From positions 64,950 to 128,949 of IMG/VR virus record IMGVR_UViG_3300030376_006003: DNA of 64,000 bases. One strand, 5' to 3'. This DNA comes from a virus. Lineage: Duplodnaviria > Caudoviricetes. The position numbers were made by a program, and so were the translations under genes. Below are positions 47,705 through 57,080 of this stretch, piece after piece (the stretch's first letter is position 1; each line of letters begins with the position of its first letter). The notes under the pieces are model-generated. The model searched no databases. It saw only the letters and a program-made list of their open reading frames with translations, and was not told the origin of the DNA.

Positions 47705-49609
47705 ATGAATCACTGGGTTATGGATTATGAGACCCTTAAGAATTGTTTTGTTGGTGTATTTAAACATTATAAAAACAATACTTACAAGACTTTCGTAATT
47801 CACAAATTAAGAGATGACTCAGAAGAGTTCATCAAATTTCTAAAAAATAATATAGATAATAAAGAATGGCATATATCTTTTAATGGTCTGGGATTTGACG
47901 CACAAGTAACACATAAAATACTTAAGTATCATAAAGACTGGGAAGGTATGGATGCTGAGGGAAAGACAGAAGAGATATACGCCTTTGCACAAGATGCAAT
48001 AAAGAGATCTAATAATAGAGAGTTTCAAGAATTTCCTGAATGGAATATGTCTATTAAACAAATAGATGTGTTTAAACTTAATCACTGGGATAATATGGCT
48101 AAGCGGTCTAGTCTTAAATGGATAGAGTATACTATGGATTGGGATAATATCCTTGATATGCCTATACATCATGAAGCTGATATAAACACACAAGAAGAAT
48201 TAGATATTATTATTGAATACTGTGTTAATGATGTTGATGCTACTCATGAAATATATAACCGGTCAAAAGATTTAATAGCTTTAAGGTTAGATCTTACTGA
48301 ACAGTATAATATTAACTTATTAAATGCATCTGAGCCACGTATATCTAAAGAATTATTTAGTTACTATTTAAGTAAAGAACTGAATATGGATAAAAGAACT
48401 CTTAAGGGCCTTAGAACATTTAGAAAAAGTATTAAGCTTGAAAAGATTATATTACCATATATAGACTTTGTTACTCCTGAATTTAATACTCTACTAGAGA
48501 GGTTTCAAAGCGTTGAACTAGATCCACAAAATATTAAAGGTTCTTTTAAACACTCTGTAGTTTATAATGGAGTAAAGACACACTTTGGTTTAGGCGGTGC
48601 ACATGGCGCTAACCAACCAGGTGTATATGAATCAGATGAAGATAATATAATAATGTCTTCTGATGTTACTAGTTTTTATCCTAATTTAGCTATTAAGAAT
48701 GGATGGTCTCCTGCACATCTTCCAAGTAAACAATTTTGTACGCTATATGAATGGTTCTTTACGGAGAGAAGAAAGATACCTAAGAGTAATCCTATGAACT
48801 ATGTATATAAAATTATACTAAATAGTACATATGGTTTATCTAATGACAAGAATTCTTTTCTATATGATCCGGAGTTTACAATGAGGATTACTATTAATGG
48901 GCAGCTTACATTGATGATGCTATATGAAATGATTATGGAAGCTATACCTAATGCTATACCTTTATTACAGAATACAGATGGTATTGAGACAATCATACCT
49001 AGAGAATATAAAGATAAGTATATGGAAGTATGTAAGAAGTGGGAAGATATAACTAATTTTAATCTTGAACATGATGAATATAAGAAGCTTATACTAGCAG
49101 ACGTTAACAATTACATTGCTATTAATAATGATGGCAAAGCTAAATGTAAAGGTCGTTTTGAATTTAAGAACTTAGCTCTTCATAAAAATAAATCTAAATT
49201 AGTTATACCTAAAGCTATCTATGAGTATTTCGTTAATGATGTACTACCTGAAGATTATATAGAGACTAATAAAAATATATTAGACTATTGTATTGGTTCT
49301 AAGACTAATAGCGGCTGGCAAGTTGTTGCAGATAGTCTTGAAGAAGGTGTTCTTAAGCAAGAAAATCTACAAAAAATCAATAGGTATTATATCTCAGACA
49401 GTGGTGTTAAGCTTATAAAAAGAAATAAGAATGACGGCAGAGAGATACAATTAGAAGCAGGAAAATGGATACAAACTGTATTCAATAAGATAAATGAACA
49501 AGATGATTGGGAAAATTATAATATTAATAAGAAGTATTATTTACAAGCTATAGAAAAAGAAATAAATAATATTTTAAATGTAAATTCTAATCAATTATCT
49601 TTGTTCTAG
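47705..49609 (+). CDS. polB: DNA polymerase family B
   Basis: Exonuclease motifs DYE, FNG..FD, YCVND; polymerase motifs DVTSFYPN, KIILNSTYG, NTDG; C-terminal QLSLF. Confidence 0.92.
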   Translation: MNHWVMDYETLKNCFVGVFKHYKNNTYKTFVIHKLRDDSEEFIKFLKNNIDNKEWHISFNGLGFDAQVTHKILKYHKDWEGMDAEGKTEEIYAFAQDAIKRSNNREFQEFPEWNMSIKQIDVFKLNHWDNMAKRSSLKWIEYTMDWDNILDMPIHHEADINTQEELDIIIEYCVNDVDATHEIYNRSKDLIALRLDLTEQYNINLLNASEPRISKELFSYYLSKELNMDKRTLKGLRTFRKSIKLEKIILPYIDFVTPEFNTLLERFQSVELDPQNIKGSFKHSVVYNGVKTHFGLGGAHGANQPGVYESDEDNIIMSSDVTSFYPNLAIKNGWSPAHLPSKQFCTLYEWFFTERRKIPKSNPMNYVYKIILNSTYGLSNDKNSFLYDPEFTMRITINGQLTLMMLYEMIMEAIPNAIPLLQNTDGIETIIPREYKDKYMEVCKKWEDITNFNLEHDEYKKLILADVNNYIAINNDGKAKCKGRFEFKNLALHKNKSKLVIPKAIYEYFVNDVLPEDYIETNKNILDYCIGSKTNSGWQVVADSLEEGVLKQENLQKINRYYISDSGVKLIKRNKNDGREIQLEAGKWIQTVFNKINEQDDWENYNINKKYYLQAIEKEINNILNVNSNQLSLF

Positions 49610-49623
49610 TTAATAATTTTTAA

Positions 49624-49631
49624 TAAATTTG
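49624..49631 (+). promoter_or_regulatory. Possible -7 element TAAATTTG
   Basis: Intergenic TAnnTTTG 11 nt before the ATG at 49642. Confidence 0.45.
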
Positions 49632-49641
49632 ACAAAAAAAT

Positions 49642-50520
49642 ATGGGACACCCAAAAGCAAAAGAAACAACAAGAGCTTGGCTTGAGTCAGCTCCATTACC
49701 TAACCATGGTAAAACATATACTGTAGTATCACATAAAGAAGTGATAGATGGTTCTATAAAGAACTTGAATAAACTAGGATTTACTGTAACTAGAGAAATA
49801 TATAGAGCTAATATGAATGCAAAAGTTGCGCAAGGTATTTATCACCTTGCACATTCATCAGCCCCATCAGATACAGAGATGGGTATGATGTTTGCTTGGA
49901 CAAATTCATATGATAAAAGTATAAGATTCCAATGTGGTATAGGTGCACATGTATTTGTTTGTGCAAATGGTCTTATACACGGAGATCTATCATCATATAG
50001 CAGGAAACATACAGGTACTGCTAATGCAGACATAGCTTTATCTATAGCTACACAAATAGGCTTAGCTAATAATAAGTTTACTCAATTGGTAAAGGATAAA
50101 AATGATATGAAAGATTTCAAATTATCTATAACTGAACAATCAGAATTATTAGGCAGATTATTTATAGAAGAAAAACTCCTTGATTCACAACAACTTAGTA
50201 TAGTTAAGAGTGAAATAGAAGATCCATCATTTAATTATGGTGTTGATCCTGATACTGCTTGGATGTTTTATAATAATGTAACACATGCTTTTAAGAAGAC
50301 ACATCCTCGTAATTGGATGGATCATCAAAGCAAGTTTCATTCTTTTATGTCAGGTGTGATGGTCAGTGCACATGCACCACAACCAAAGGATTCTGCTAAC
50401 ACAACACCTTCAGATGATATAGAAATGGTTGATGAAAATCAAGTATCTATGGATTCATTTGAAGGATTTATGGCAGACTTAGAAGCTCAAGATGAAGTGT
50501 TTGGAGAATTTAAAATATAA
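49642..50520 (+). CDS. DUF932/DUF945-like protein
   Basis: NSYDKS...G..VFVCANG...RKHT...W.FYN.VT. Confidence 0.75.
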   Translation: MGHPKAKETTRAWLESAPLPNHGKTYTVVSHKEVIDGSIKNLNKLGFTVTREIYRANMNAKVAQGIYHLAHSSAPSDTEMGMMFAWTNSYDKSIRFQCGIGAHVFVCANGLIHGDLSSYSRKHTGTANADIALSIATQIGLANNKFTQLVKDKNDMKDFKLSITEQSELLGRLFIEEKLLDSQQLSIVKSEIEDPSFNYGVDPDTAWMFYNNVTHAFKKTHPRNWMDHQSKFHSFMSGVMVSAHAPQPKDSANTTPSDDIEMVDENQVSMDSFEGFMADLEAQDEVFGEFKI

Positions 50521-50523
50521 AAA

Positions 50524-50940
50524 ATGAGTGAAGATCCAAAGAAAAAGCATAGTAAATATTATTATGATACTACACGTAATATGAGTCATACGGGTACACA
50601 GAGTGTAATGATGTCAGTGCCAGAGGGTATGGAATTTAATAAACCATACTCTCTTGATGACCTTAAACCTAATAGAAAGAATTTTCCTATATATACAGGA
50701 GTTGTTAAGTATTTCCCTGATGCACTAATGGAAGTATCTAACATCTCACGTATAGGTAATGAGCAACACCATCCAGGGGAGCCTTTACATTGGGATAAGA
50801 GTAAGAGCACTGATCATTTAGATGCTTTGATGAGACATCTGTTAGAAGCAGATGAGTATGATGATGATGGAGCTTTACATCTTGCCAAGGTTGCGTGGAG
50901 AGCCTTAGCCGCTTTACAATTTAAATTAGAAAATGGATAA
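50524..50940 (+). CDS. dATP/dGTP diphosphohydrolase-domain protein (DUF5664-like)
   Basis: FPDAL.EV...S..G...H...W......DALMRHL...D.DG.LHLA..AWRAL. Confidence 0.75.
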   Translation: MSEDPKKKHSKYYYDTTRNMSHTGTQSVMMSVPEGMEFNKPYSLDDLKPNRKNFPIYTGVVKYFPDALMEVSNISRIGNEQHHPGEPLHWDKSKSTDHLDALMRHLLEADEYDDDGALHLAKVAWRALAALQFKLENG

Positions 50941-51496
50941 GCATTGTTTTTTACATATTCCTAAGACAGCAGGTATATCAATTAAAAGATTCATTGAAAA
51001 TAATAATCTTCCTATTCGTTATATGGGTCATACATATCCAGTAATAACAGATAATGAAATTGTTGTAATAAGGAATCCATATACTAGATTTATATCTGCT
51101 TATTATTATAATATTAAAAAACATAAAAGATATATTCATGAATCAGATTTAAAACGTTTTTCAACACCTAATAAATTAGCAGAATCATTAGAAAGTGAAA
51201 CAGCTATAAAAATGATTACTTCACAAGGGCTTAGAAACCAACATATTACAGGTAAAGAGTGTAAATATAGACATATTTTTATGCCACAATCATCTTGGAT
51301 AAATACTCCAAAATATATAATTAAGTATGAAAATCTAAATAAAGATTTTACAAACGTTCTTAAAGATATTGGTATTAATATAACAAAAACTCTTGGATAT
51401 TATAATAAGGGTAATATTATTGATAATTATTTATCTATTGAAGCAAAAAAAAATATTAACAAATTTTACAAAAAAGATTTTGAACTATATGAATAA
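50933..51496 (+). CDS. Sulfotransferase (Sulfotransfer_2-like)
   Basis: FLHIPKTAG 5'-PSB motif, RNPYTRFISAY 3'-PB motif, PQ..W, KYENL..DF, YKKDFEL. Confidence 0.85.
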   Translation: MDKHCFLHIPKTAGISIKRFIENNNLPIRYMGHTYPVITDNEIVVIRNPYTRFISAYYYNIKKHKRYIHESDLKRFSTPNKLAESLESETAIKMITSQGLRNQHITGKECKYRHIFMPQSSWINTPKYIIKYENLNKDFTNVLKDIGINITKTLGYYNKGNIIDNYLSIEAKKNINKFYKKDFELYE

Positions 51497-51689
51497 AGAT
51501 ATAAGACATATAATAGACCAGATGGTCAAAGAAAAAGAATATAAAAAGAATAATGGCCCTATAGAAGTAACTGCTGATCAGTTATGGAAGTATAGTGGAG
51601 AGGTTGAACCAACTAACCCTAACATTATAAAATATGAAAATGAAATTAAAAATATAAAAAGATTTAAAAATGGTAGAAACAACATTTAA
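51489..51689 (+). CDS. Hypothetical protein (probable start 51489)
   Basis: Overlap-coupled between the sulfotransferase and groEL. Confidence 0.55.
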   Translation: MNKDIRHIIDQMVKEKEYKKNNGPIEVTADQLWKYSGEVEPTNPNIIKYENEIKNIKRFKNGRNNI

Positions 51690-53283
51690 TATTGAAGCTA
51701 GAGAAGCTTTAAAGAAAGGTCTAGACATCTTAGCTGATGCAGTTAAAGTAACATTAGGACCTAAAGGAAGAAACGTAGTTATAAGAAATACATACGGTTA
51801 TCCTCATATGACTAAAGATGGTGTAACAGTAGCAAAAGAAATCATACTAAAAGACCCTTTACAAAACATGGGAGCTCAAATGGTGAAAGAAGTTGCTAAT
51901 AATACAGCAGAGACTGCTGGTGACGGGACAACTACTGCAACAGTACTTGCTCAAGCTATAGCAACACTTGGACTTAAGAACGTTGCTGCAGGCGCTAATC
52001 CAATAGACTTAAAGAAAGGTATAGATATTGCTGTATCAGCTTTAATTGATGAGCTAAAGAAAACATCCATCCCGGTTAATGAATCACTTGAACAAATAAA
52101 AAACGTTGCTGCTATCTCAGCTAACAATGATGATGAGATGGGTCAACTTATAGCAGATGCAATTGAGAAAGTAACTACTAAAGGTATAATTACTGTTGAA
52201 GAAGCTAGAGGTATAGATACTAAAATTGAAATTACTGAAGGCATGCAGCTTGATAGAGGATATATGTCTCCATATTTTACAACTAATGATAAAATGGAAG
52301 CTATATTAGAAGATTGTTTAATATGTATATCTAATGAAAGAGTGTTGAATGTACAACAAATCATACCTCTTCTTGAAAAGGTTGCTCAAGCAAATAAACC
52401 TTTATTAATTATAGTTGATAGCATGGATGACGCTGCATTAAATGGTTTATGTTTAAATAAACTTAAAGGAGTTCTTAAAGTATGTGCTATTAAGGGTCCA
52501 GGTTTTGGTGAAAGACGTAAAGAACTATTAGAAGACATTGCTATACTTACAGGCGGTACTGTTATTGATGCTGCTAATGATCTTACTATAGCTACTGCAG
52601 AACTAGATCATTTAGGTAAAGTAAAGAAAGCAACTATAACTAAAGAGGCTACTATGTTACTTCACGGTAATGGTGATAAAGAAGCTATTGCTTCTAGATT
52701 AAAAGTAATAAAGGACCTAGCTGATAATGCTGAGACTGATTTTCTTAAGCAAGGATTTCAAGAACGTTTTGGTAAATTAGGTGGGGGTATTGCTGTATTA
52801 TATGTAGGCGCTCCTACTGAAGTTGAAATGAAACAGAAAAGAGATAGAGTAGATGACGCTCTTGCTGCAACTAAAGCTGCTATTGAAGAAGGTATATCTA
52901 TTGGTGGCGGGTGTGCTATAATTAAATCTAGATATGTACTTAACCGTCTGTTAGAAGATACTTCAGGTGATACTAGAACAGGTGTTCAAATCATTTATGA
53001 TGCAATTGAAGCTCCTATTAAACAGATTGTTTATAACGGTGGTGGTGAAGGGTCCGTAATAGTTAAGGAATTAACTAATGCTGATAATAACATTGGTTAT
53101 AATGCTAAGACTGAGCAATGGGAAGACTTAGTAAAAGCCGGTATTATTGATCCAACTAAAGTTGTAGTTACAGCACTAACTAATGCTGCTTCAGTTGCAA
53201 GTATGCTTCTTACAACAGAATGTGTAATATCAGATGATGTTGATGCTCTTAAAGAGTTAATGCAAAAACCACCTATAGTATGA
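51670..53283 (+). CDS. groEL: Group I chaperonin
   Basis: AVKVTLGPKGRNV, TKDGVTVAKEI, AGDGTTTAT, DRGYMSPYF, GIIDPTKV; no GGM tail. Confidence 0.97.
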   Translation: MVETTFNIEAREALKKGLDILADAVKVTLGPKGRNVVIRNTYGYPHMTKDGVTVAKEIILKDPLQNMGAQMVKEVANNTAETAGDGTTTATVLAQAIATLGLKNVAAGANPIDLKKGIDIAVSALIDELKKTSIPVNESLEQIKNVAAISANNDDEMGQLIADAIEKVTTKGIITVEEARGIDTKIEITEGMQLDRGYMSPYFTTNDKMEAILEDCLICISNERVLNVQQIIPLLEKVAQANKPLLIIVDSMDDAALNGLCLNKLKGVLKVCAIKGPGFGERRKELLEDIAILTGGTVIDAANDLTIATAELDHLGKVKKATITKEATMLLHGNGDKEAIASRLKVIKDLADNAETDFLKQGFQERFGKLGGGIAVLYVGAPTEVEMKQKRDRVDDALAATKAAIEEGISIGGGCAIIKSRYVLNRLLEDTSGDTRTGVQIIYDAIEAPIKQIVYNGGGEGSVIVKELTNADNNIGYNAKTEQWEDLVKAGIIDPTKVVVTALTNAASVASMLLTTECVISDDVDALKELMQKPPIV

Positions 53284-53495
53284 CAGAATCAGAATTTGTA
53301 AATGAGTTTGATCAACTTATCAAACATGGCTGGTGGTTTAGTGTTACCCCTAAGAATAATAAATGGACTTGTGTAATATTCAAATTAAAACCTAGTGGTC
53401 GTTGGGAAGCACAAGAAAGTAAACAATTCAAAAGTATTCTTAAAGGAATGGTTTGGGTTGAGAATTATTTAACAAATAAAATAGAGAATGATTAA
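53280..53495 (+). CDS. Hypothetical protein
   Basis: ATGA coupling to groEL. Confidence 0.65.
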   Translation: MTESEFVNEFDQLIKHGWWFSVTPKNNKWTCVIFKLKPSGRWEAQESKQFKSILKGMVWVENYLTNKIEND

Positions 53496-53571
53496 AGCTG
53501 CTTTAGTTATTGTTGGAGCTCTTTTATTTTTAAAATTCTATGGTAGACAAGATAATAGTGGGGGAAATTAA
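53488..53571 (+). CDS. 27-aa single-TM peptide (not in ORF track)
   Basis: MIKAALVIVGALLFLKFYGRQDNSGGN. Confidence 0.4.
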   Translation: MIKAALVIVGALLFLKFYGRQDNSGGN

Positions 53572-53582
53572 TCCCTCACTAT
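53555..53582. terminator. Hairpin at the convergence of plus and minus modules (possibly bidirectional terminator)
   Basis: ATAGTGGGGGA...TCCCTCACTAT. Confidence 0.65.
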
Positions 53583-53857
53583 TTATATCTTAACTTGTTT
53601 ATTCTACGTCTTCTTGGTCCATTATTACCATCCATCCATTTTCTTCTACTAGTAGTATCTAACTTTTCATTATTCTGATACTTATCTTTAAATGAAGTTC
53701 TGTTTGCTTTTAAACCATGACTACTTAAAGACTCATCATTAAATGGATCTTTCCAAGGGTATCTTTGATTAATAGTTCTAACCTTACCTTGCCTTGGTCC
53801 ACATTTACATACCATCTTATAACAACCTCTACATACTTTACCGTCTAATTTTCCCAT
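53579..53857 (-). CDS. Small basic Cys-containing protein
   Basis: CRGC...CKC; Arg/Lys-rich. Confidence 0.6.
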   Translation of the reverse strand: MGKLDGKVCRGCYKMVCKCGPRQGKVRTINQRYPWKDPFNDESLSSHGLKANRTSFKDKYQNNEKLDTTSRRKWMDGNNGPRRRRINKLRYK

Positions 53858-53858
53858 G

Positions 53859-54116
53859 TTATGATCTTTTTTTTCTAGTTGAACCTTTTACCCTTGACTT
53901 TTCTTTCTTACCTCTATTAGCGGATCTAGATAATACAATTGTCCTTTGGGAATTAAGACCGTTAGGATGATGCAAATCCTTCCCATCTCCTTTCTTAACC
54001 CTGCCAGACTTAGTAGCTTTCCTACGAGCCTTATTACGTTTAGCTCTATCCTGCTTCTGTTTTTTAGAAGCTTGGAACTTAGCATACTCTTTTTTATAAT
54101 CTCTTTTCTTAGCCAC
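53859..54116 (-). CDS. Small very basic HNH-like protein
   Basis: RDYKKEY...RAKRNKARR...KGDGKDLHH...N...S.SANR; GTG start just after TATCTTTA. Confidence 0.65.
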   Translation of the reverse strand: MAKKRDYKKEYAKFQASKKQKQDRAKRNKARRKATKSGRVKKGDGKDLHHPNGLNSQRTIVLSRSANRGKKEKSRVKGSTRKKRS

Positions 54117-54132
54117 AGTATAAAGATACGGA

Positions 54133-54525
54133 TTATTTTTTAGTTTTCTCTAATGAACGGCCACCAAAATATGCACCTATTACTGTTATTAGTACTAATT
54201 GTAGTAAACTTTTCCATTCATCGTCTACAACAAACTTAATTGTACCAGCATCTATGAATATCATAAGTACTGTACATACTACTAAGAATGCTAATACTAA
54301 TGGTCTAATGTTTTTAGATAACCATGAGTCAGAATTCATATCTGCACTCCATCTTGCAGTTATTTCTTTCTCCATTTGTGTTTCATAACTAGCTACCAGC
54401 TCTTTAATTTTTTGTTCAGCGGCAAGTCTTTCCTCATCAGATGTATGTAAATTATCTACAACTCCCCCTATACCTTTTACAAGTTCTGTTGCTCCACCTG
54501 AAAATATTTTTCCTATTATGCTCAT
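54133..54525 (-). CDS. Holin (GTA-type '3TM' holin-like)
   Basis: TSDEER...RW.ADM.SDSWLSKNIRPL plus two TM segments plus AYFGGRSLEK. Confidence 0.8.
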   Translation of the reverse strand: MSIIGKIFSGGATELVKGIGGVVDNLHTSDEERLAAEQKIKELVASYETQMEKEITARWSADMNSDSWLSKNIRPLVLAFLVVCTVLMIFIDAGTIKFVVDDEWKSLLQLVLITVIGAYFGGRSLEKTKK

Positions 54526-54536
54526 AATTTTAATTT

Positions 54537-55103
54537 TTAATTTAAATATTTATTTTTATTTATAATTTCTTCATCAATCAAATAACCAAATGATAAAAGA
54601 ATTCTAGGTGTCTCACCTTTAGTTTCTACTGTAGAATGTTCATACTTACCAGCAACACATATCCACGGTTCATTTTCTTCTCTTTTAATTACATGTCCTG
54701 CAATTATTGGTTCACCGCCTTCTTCTGGTTTACTGATCATTACATTTAATCTTGTATGAATCATATCACCTACATTCTTATCTTTATGTGGTCTACATAT
54801 GTATCCTTCTTTTGAATACATAAGTATCCACCCCATTCTAGAAGTATTAGAACCTTTAGGTATATTATAAATATCCCTAAGTTCTTTATCTATACTAATC
54901 AGATTGTTATAAGGGAAGTTATAAGCTTTTAATTCTTCCTGAACCTTTTCAGAATCTAGATTTAATATACCAAAAGACTCACCAGAATGTCCATTAGGTC
55001 GTCCTACATATCTACCTCTTTCATCCTTACGGTTATTCATAAAGTCTGCATTATTAATTGCCCAGTCTACAATTGGTTTTGTATTTAGTTTATTTATTTT
55101 CAT
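54537..55103 (-). CDS. 2OG-Fe(II) oxygenase-like protein (probable start 55103)
   Basis: PHKD...R.NVMISKPEEGG...HST...R..LSFG; TAATG coupling at 55103. Confidence 0.75.
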   Translation of the reverse strand: MKINKLNTKPIVDWAINNADFMNNRKDERGRYVGRPNGHSGESFGILNLDSEKVQEELKAYNFPYNNLISIDKELRDIYNIPKGSNTSRMGWILMYSKEGYICRPHKDKNVGDMIHTRLNVMISKPEEGGEPIIAGHVIKREENEPWICVAGKYEHSTVETKGETPRILLSFGYLIDEEIINKNKYLN

Positions 55104-55360
55104 TATTCTAATTCTTCTATATATATCATATCGTTTATGTCTTCTTCCGTAACACCTGTTCCATCTCCTGTCCAACTAGAGTGATTTGTAAATGTATAGT
55201 TTGAACATGTTGTTATACTCTGAAATTTTCTTATTCTATCAGTTACTTCATCTGTTGTTGCTATTAATATTTGTGTTTGATCTATACTCTTAAGCATAAA
55301 AGATACATTGCTTTTATTAAGCGTGTCAAATACTTCATTAGTTACTATGTAATAATTCAT
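55103..55360 (-). CDS. Small acidic protein following the LamG gene
   Basis: TAATG coupling on both sides. Confidence 0.65.
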   Translation of the reverse strand: MNYYIVTNEVFDTLNKSNVSFMLKSIDQTQILIATTDEVTDRIRKFQSITTCSNYTFTNHSSWTGDGTGVTEEDINDMIYIEELE

Positions 55361-56244
55361 TATAATAATACGTAATTAGAGTTACCATTAACAGTAAATG
55401 CAGGTGCTGAATTACCACTGCTATCATTACCATTATTTTCAAATTTATAATACCCTTTTAAATTACTAACAGCACTATGATTTGCAAGATTCATTCTGGA
55501 ACCGCTATTATATATTTCATTAACCTCAGTTGCAGTTAGCTTTTTATCCCATATAGATAGATCATTAAACCTAGTCTCATTATTATTACCAGACTTAGAA
55601 AACCCGGTCCAAGATGTAGAACCTAGAGCTACTACTTTATCATTTGTATTAGTCAAATTAGCAGTACCACTATTACGTCCATTAGAATAATAACCATTTC
55701 CGCAACTAGTACCATTCCAATATAAGTTTACATTAGAATTAGCAGCTGAGTTAGTAGATCCCTTAGTAAATGTTATTAAAGAATAACCATTACTATCTGT
55801 ATTAAAGGTGCTTAGCTGATCTTCTCTCCAATAACCACCACCAGAAGCTGAATAAGCTGCAGCGTAGTTACCATAATTAGCATGGAATAACCAAAAATTT
55901 TGCTTGTAATAACCATTAGAATCTCTCCATTCAATCCATATCCTATTGTGAGGCTCATAGTACCACATTCTAATAGTATTATTATTTGCATTTCCTGCCC
56001 CAACATCTGACATACTAAACAAATCTATTCTAGTATTTAAAGAAGAATTCCAACCAGGCCTTATCCAAACAGAATAAGAAAAAGCATCATCATCAGTGAA
56101 TTTAAAATGTCCATCAGAATCTGAAATATATACTGTTTGTCCAGACCCTGTAGTTATACTCTTTGATACACCATAATCATCACTAAAACTAGGAGCAATT
56201 CCAGATGCAGGAAAACTTATGTATGGATTAATTATTATCCCCAT
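55360..56244 (-). CDS. LamG/ConA-like lectin domain protein (putative receptor binding)
   Basis: FSYSVWIR...LYWNG...NDLSIWDKKLTATEVNEIYNSG...LKGYYKFEN. Confidence 0.85.
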   Translation of the reverse strand: MGIIINPYISFPASGIAPSFSDDYGVSKSITTGSGQTVYISDSDGHFKFTDDDAFSYSVWIRPGWNSSLNTRIDLFSMSDVGAGNANNNTIRMWYYEPHNRIWIEWRDSNGYYKQNFWLFHANYGNYAAAYSASGGGYWREDQLSTFNTDSNGYSLITFTKGSTNSAANSNVNLYWNGTSCGNGYYSNGRNSGTANLTNTNDKVVALGSTSWTGFSKSGNNNETRFNDLSIWDKKLTATEVNEIYNSGSRMNLANHSAVSNLKGYYKFENNGNDSSGNSAPAFTVNGNSNYVLL

Positions 56245-57071
56245 TACAACTGGTATCCTATTAATGTTACCTTTAAACCTGTACCTGCCGTAGTACTTCC
56301 TATCTGATCTATATCAATCTCTATCTTTGCGTCATCTTGCATATCTATATATTGTACAGCACCACCACTTGATGCATCAGCAAATGTATAGTCTGTATTT
56401 GCTGTAGTACTAGTGGCCTCATTAGGATCTATTGTTAGTAAATTTCCTTCTTCTTCACCATTAGCAAAAATACTAGTACCAGCATAATTAATGTCAACAT
56501 CTAATGTGGATCCTGCAGGAGCAGTATTTACACTAGCTCTTACATCTGTAAGCCTAAAACCATAAGGTAGTCTAAATGAAATTTTAGTACCGGTAGTTAA
56601 AGTTGAAGTTTCATCACTACATGCTAATATAAAATTTTCTTTTTTTTGTTGTAGACTTATTAAATTATTTTTTAAAGTCTGATTATCTGTTATAGTACTA
56701 AGGGTATAAGCTCCCATATTCTCATCAGTATCTGCTGATGCTCCTATTAGAGTAAACAAATGATCTAAATCAAAATCTGATTTAGTATATGTTGTGTCAG
56801 TCCATGGTACATTTACCATTAGATTACCACTAGCCATATTCTGTATATCGTAATTTCTACCTACAGTGGTTGTTATAGACTGCATTGCAGCACTTGCAGC
56901 AAGAGTACCACTAATATCTGCAAATCCAGCTGTACCTAGCTGTCTTTTCTCAAACGTACCATCAGATTTCACCATAACAGCATTAGTCTGAGTACCGGAT
57001 GATAAGGAGGTCATTTTGGCGCCAGTAGCAGTGACTGAGCCGTCAATATCTATATTGGTTTTAAACTGCAT
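56244..57071 (-). CDS. Tail-fibre-associated protein
   Basis: VNVPWTDT fibre motif; C-terminal FRLPY...VRAS...AP.G...VDIN...IDIDQIGST.AG.GLKV domain. Confidence 0.65.
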   Translation of the reverse strand: MQFKTNIDIDGSVTATGAKMTSLSSGTQTNAVMVKSDGTFEKRQLGTAGFADISGTLAASAAMQSITTTVGRNYDIQNMASGNLMVNVPWTDTTYTKSDFDLDHLFTLIGASADTDENMGAYTLSTITDNQTLKNNLISLQQKKENFILACSDETSTLTTGTKISFRLPYGFRLTDVRASVNTAPAGSTLDVDINYAGTSIFANGEEEGNLLTIDPNEATSTTANTDYTFADASSGGAVQYIDMQDDAKIEIDIDQIGSTTAGTGLKVTLIGYQL

Positions 57072-57080
57072 AGCAATCTA

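Noticed and set aside
51393-51689. GroES candidate upstream of groEL
   Set aside because: No GroES-like motifs (PLxDRV, mobile loop GGI) and the composition does not fit
55104-55175. Track start of the second 2OG oxygenase
   Set aside because: It lies inside the upstream gene; TAATG coupling points to 55103
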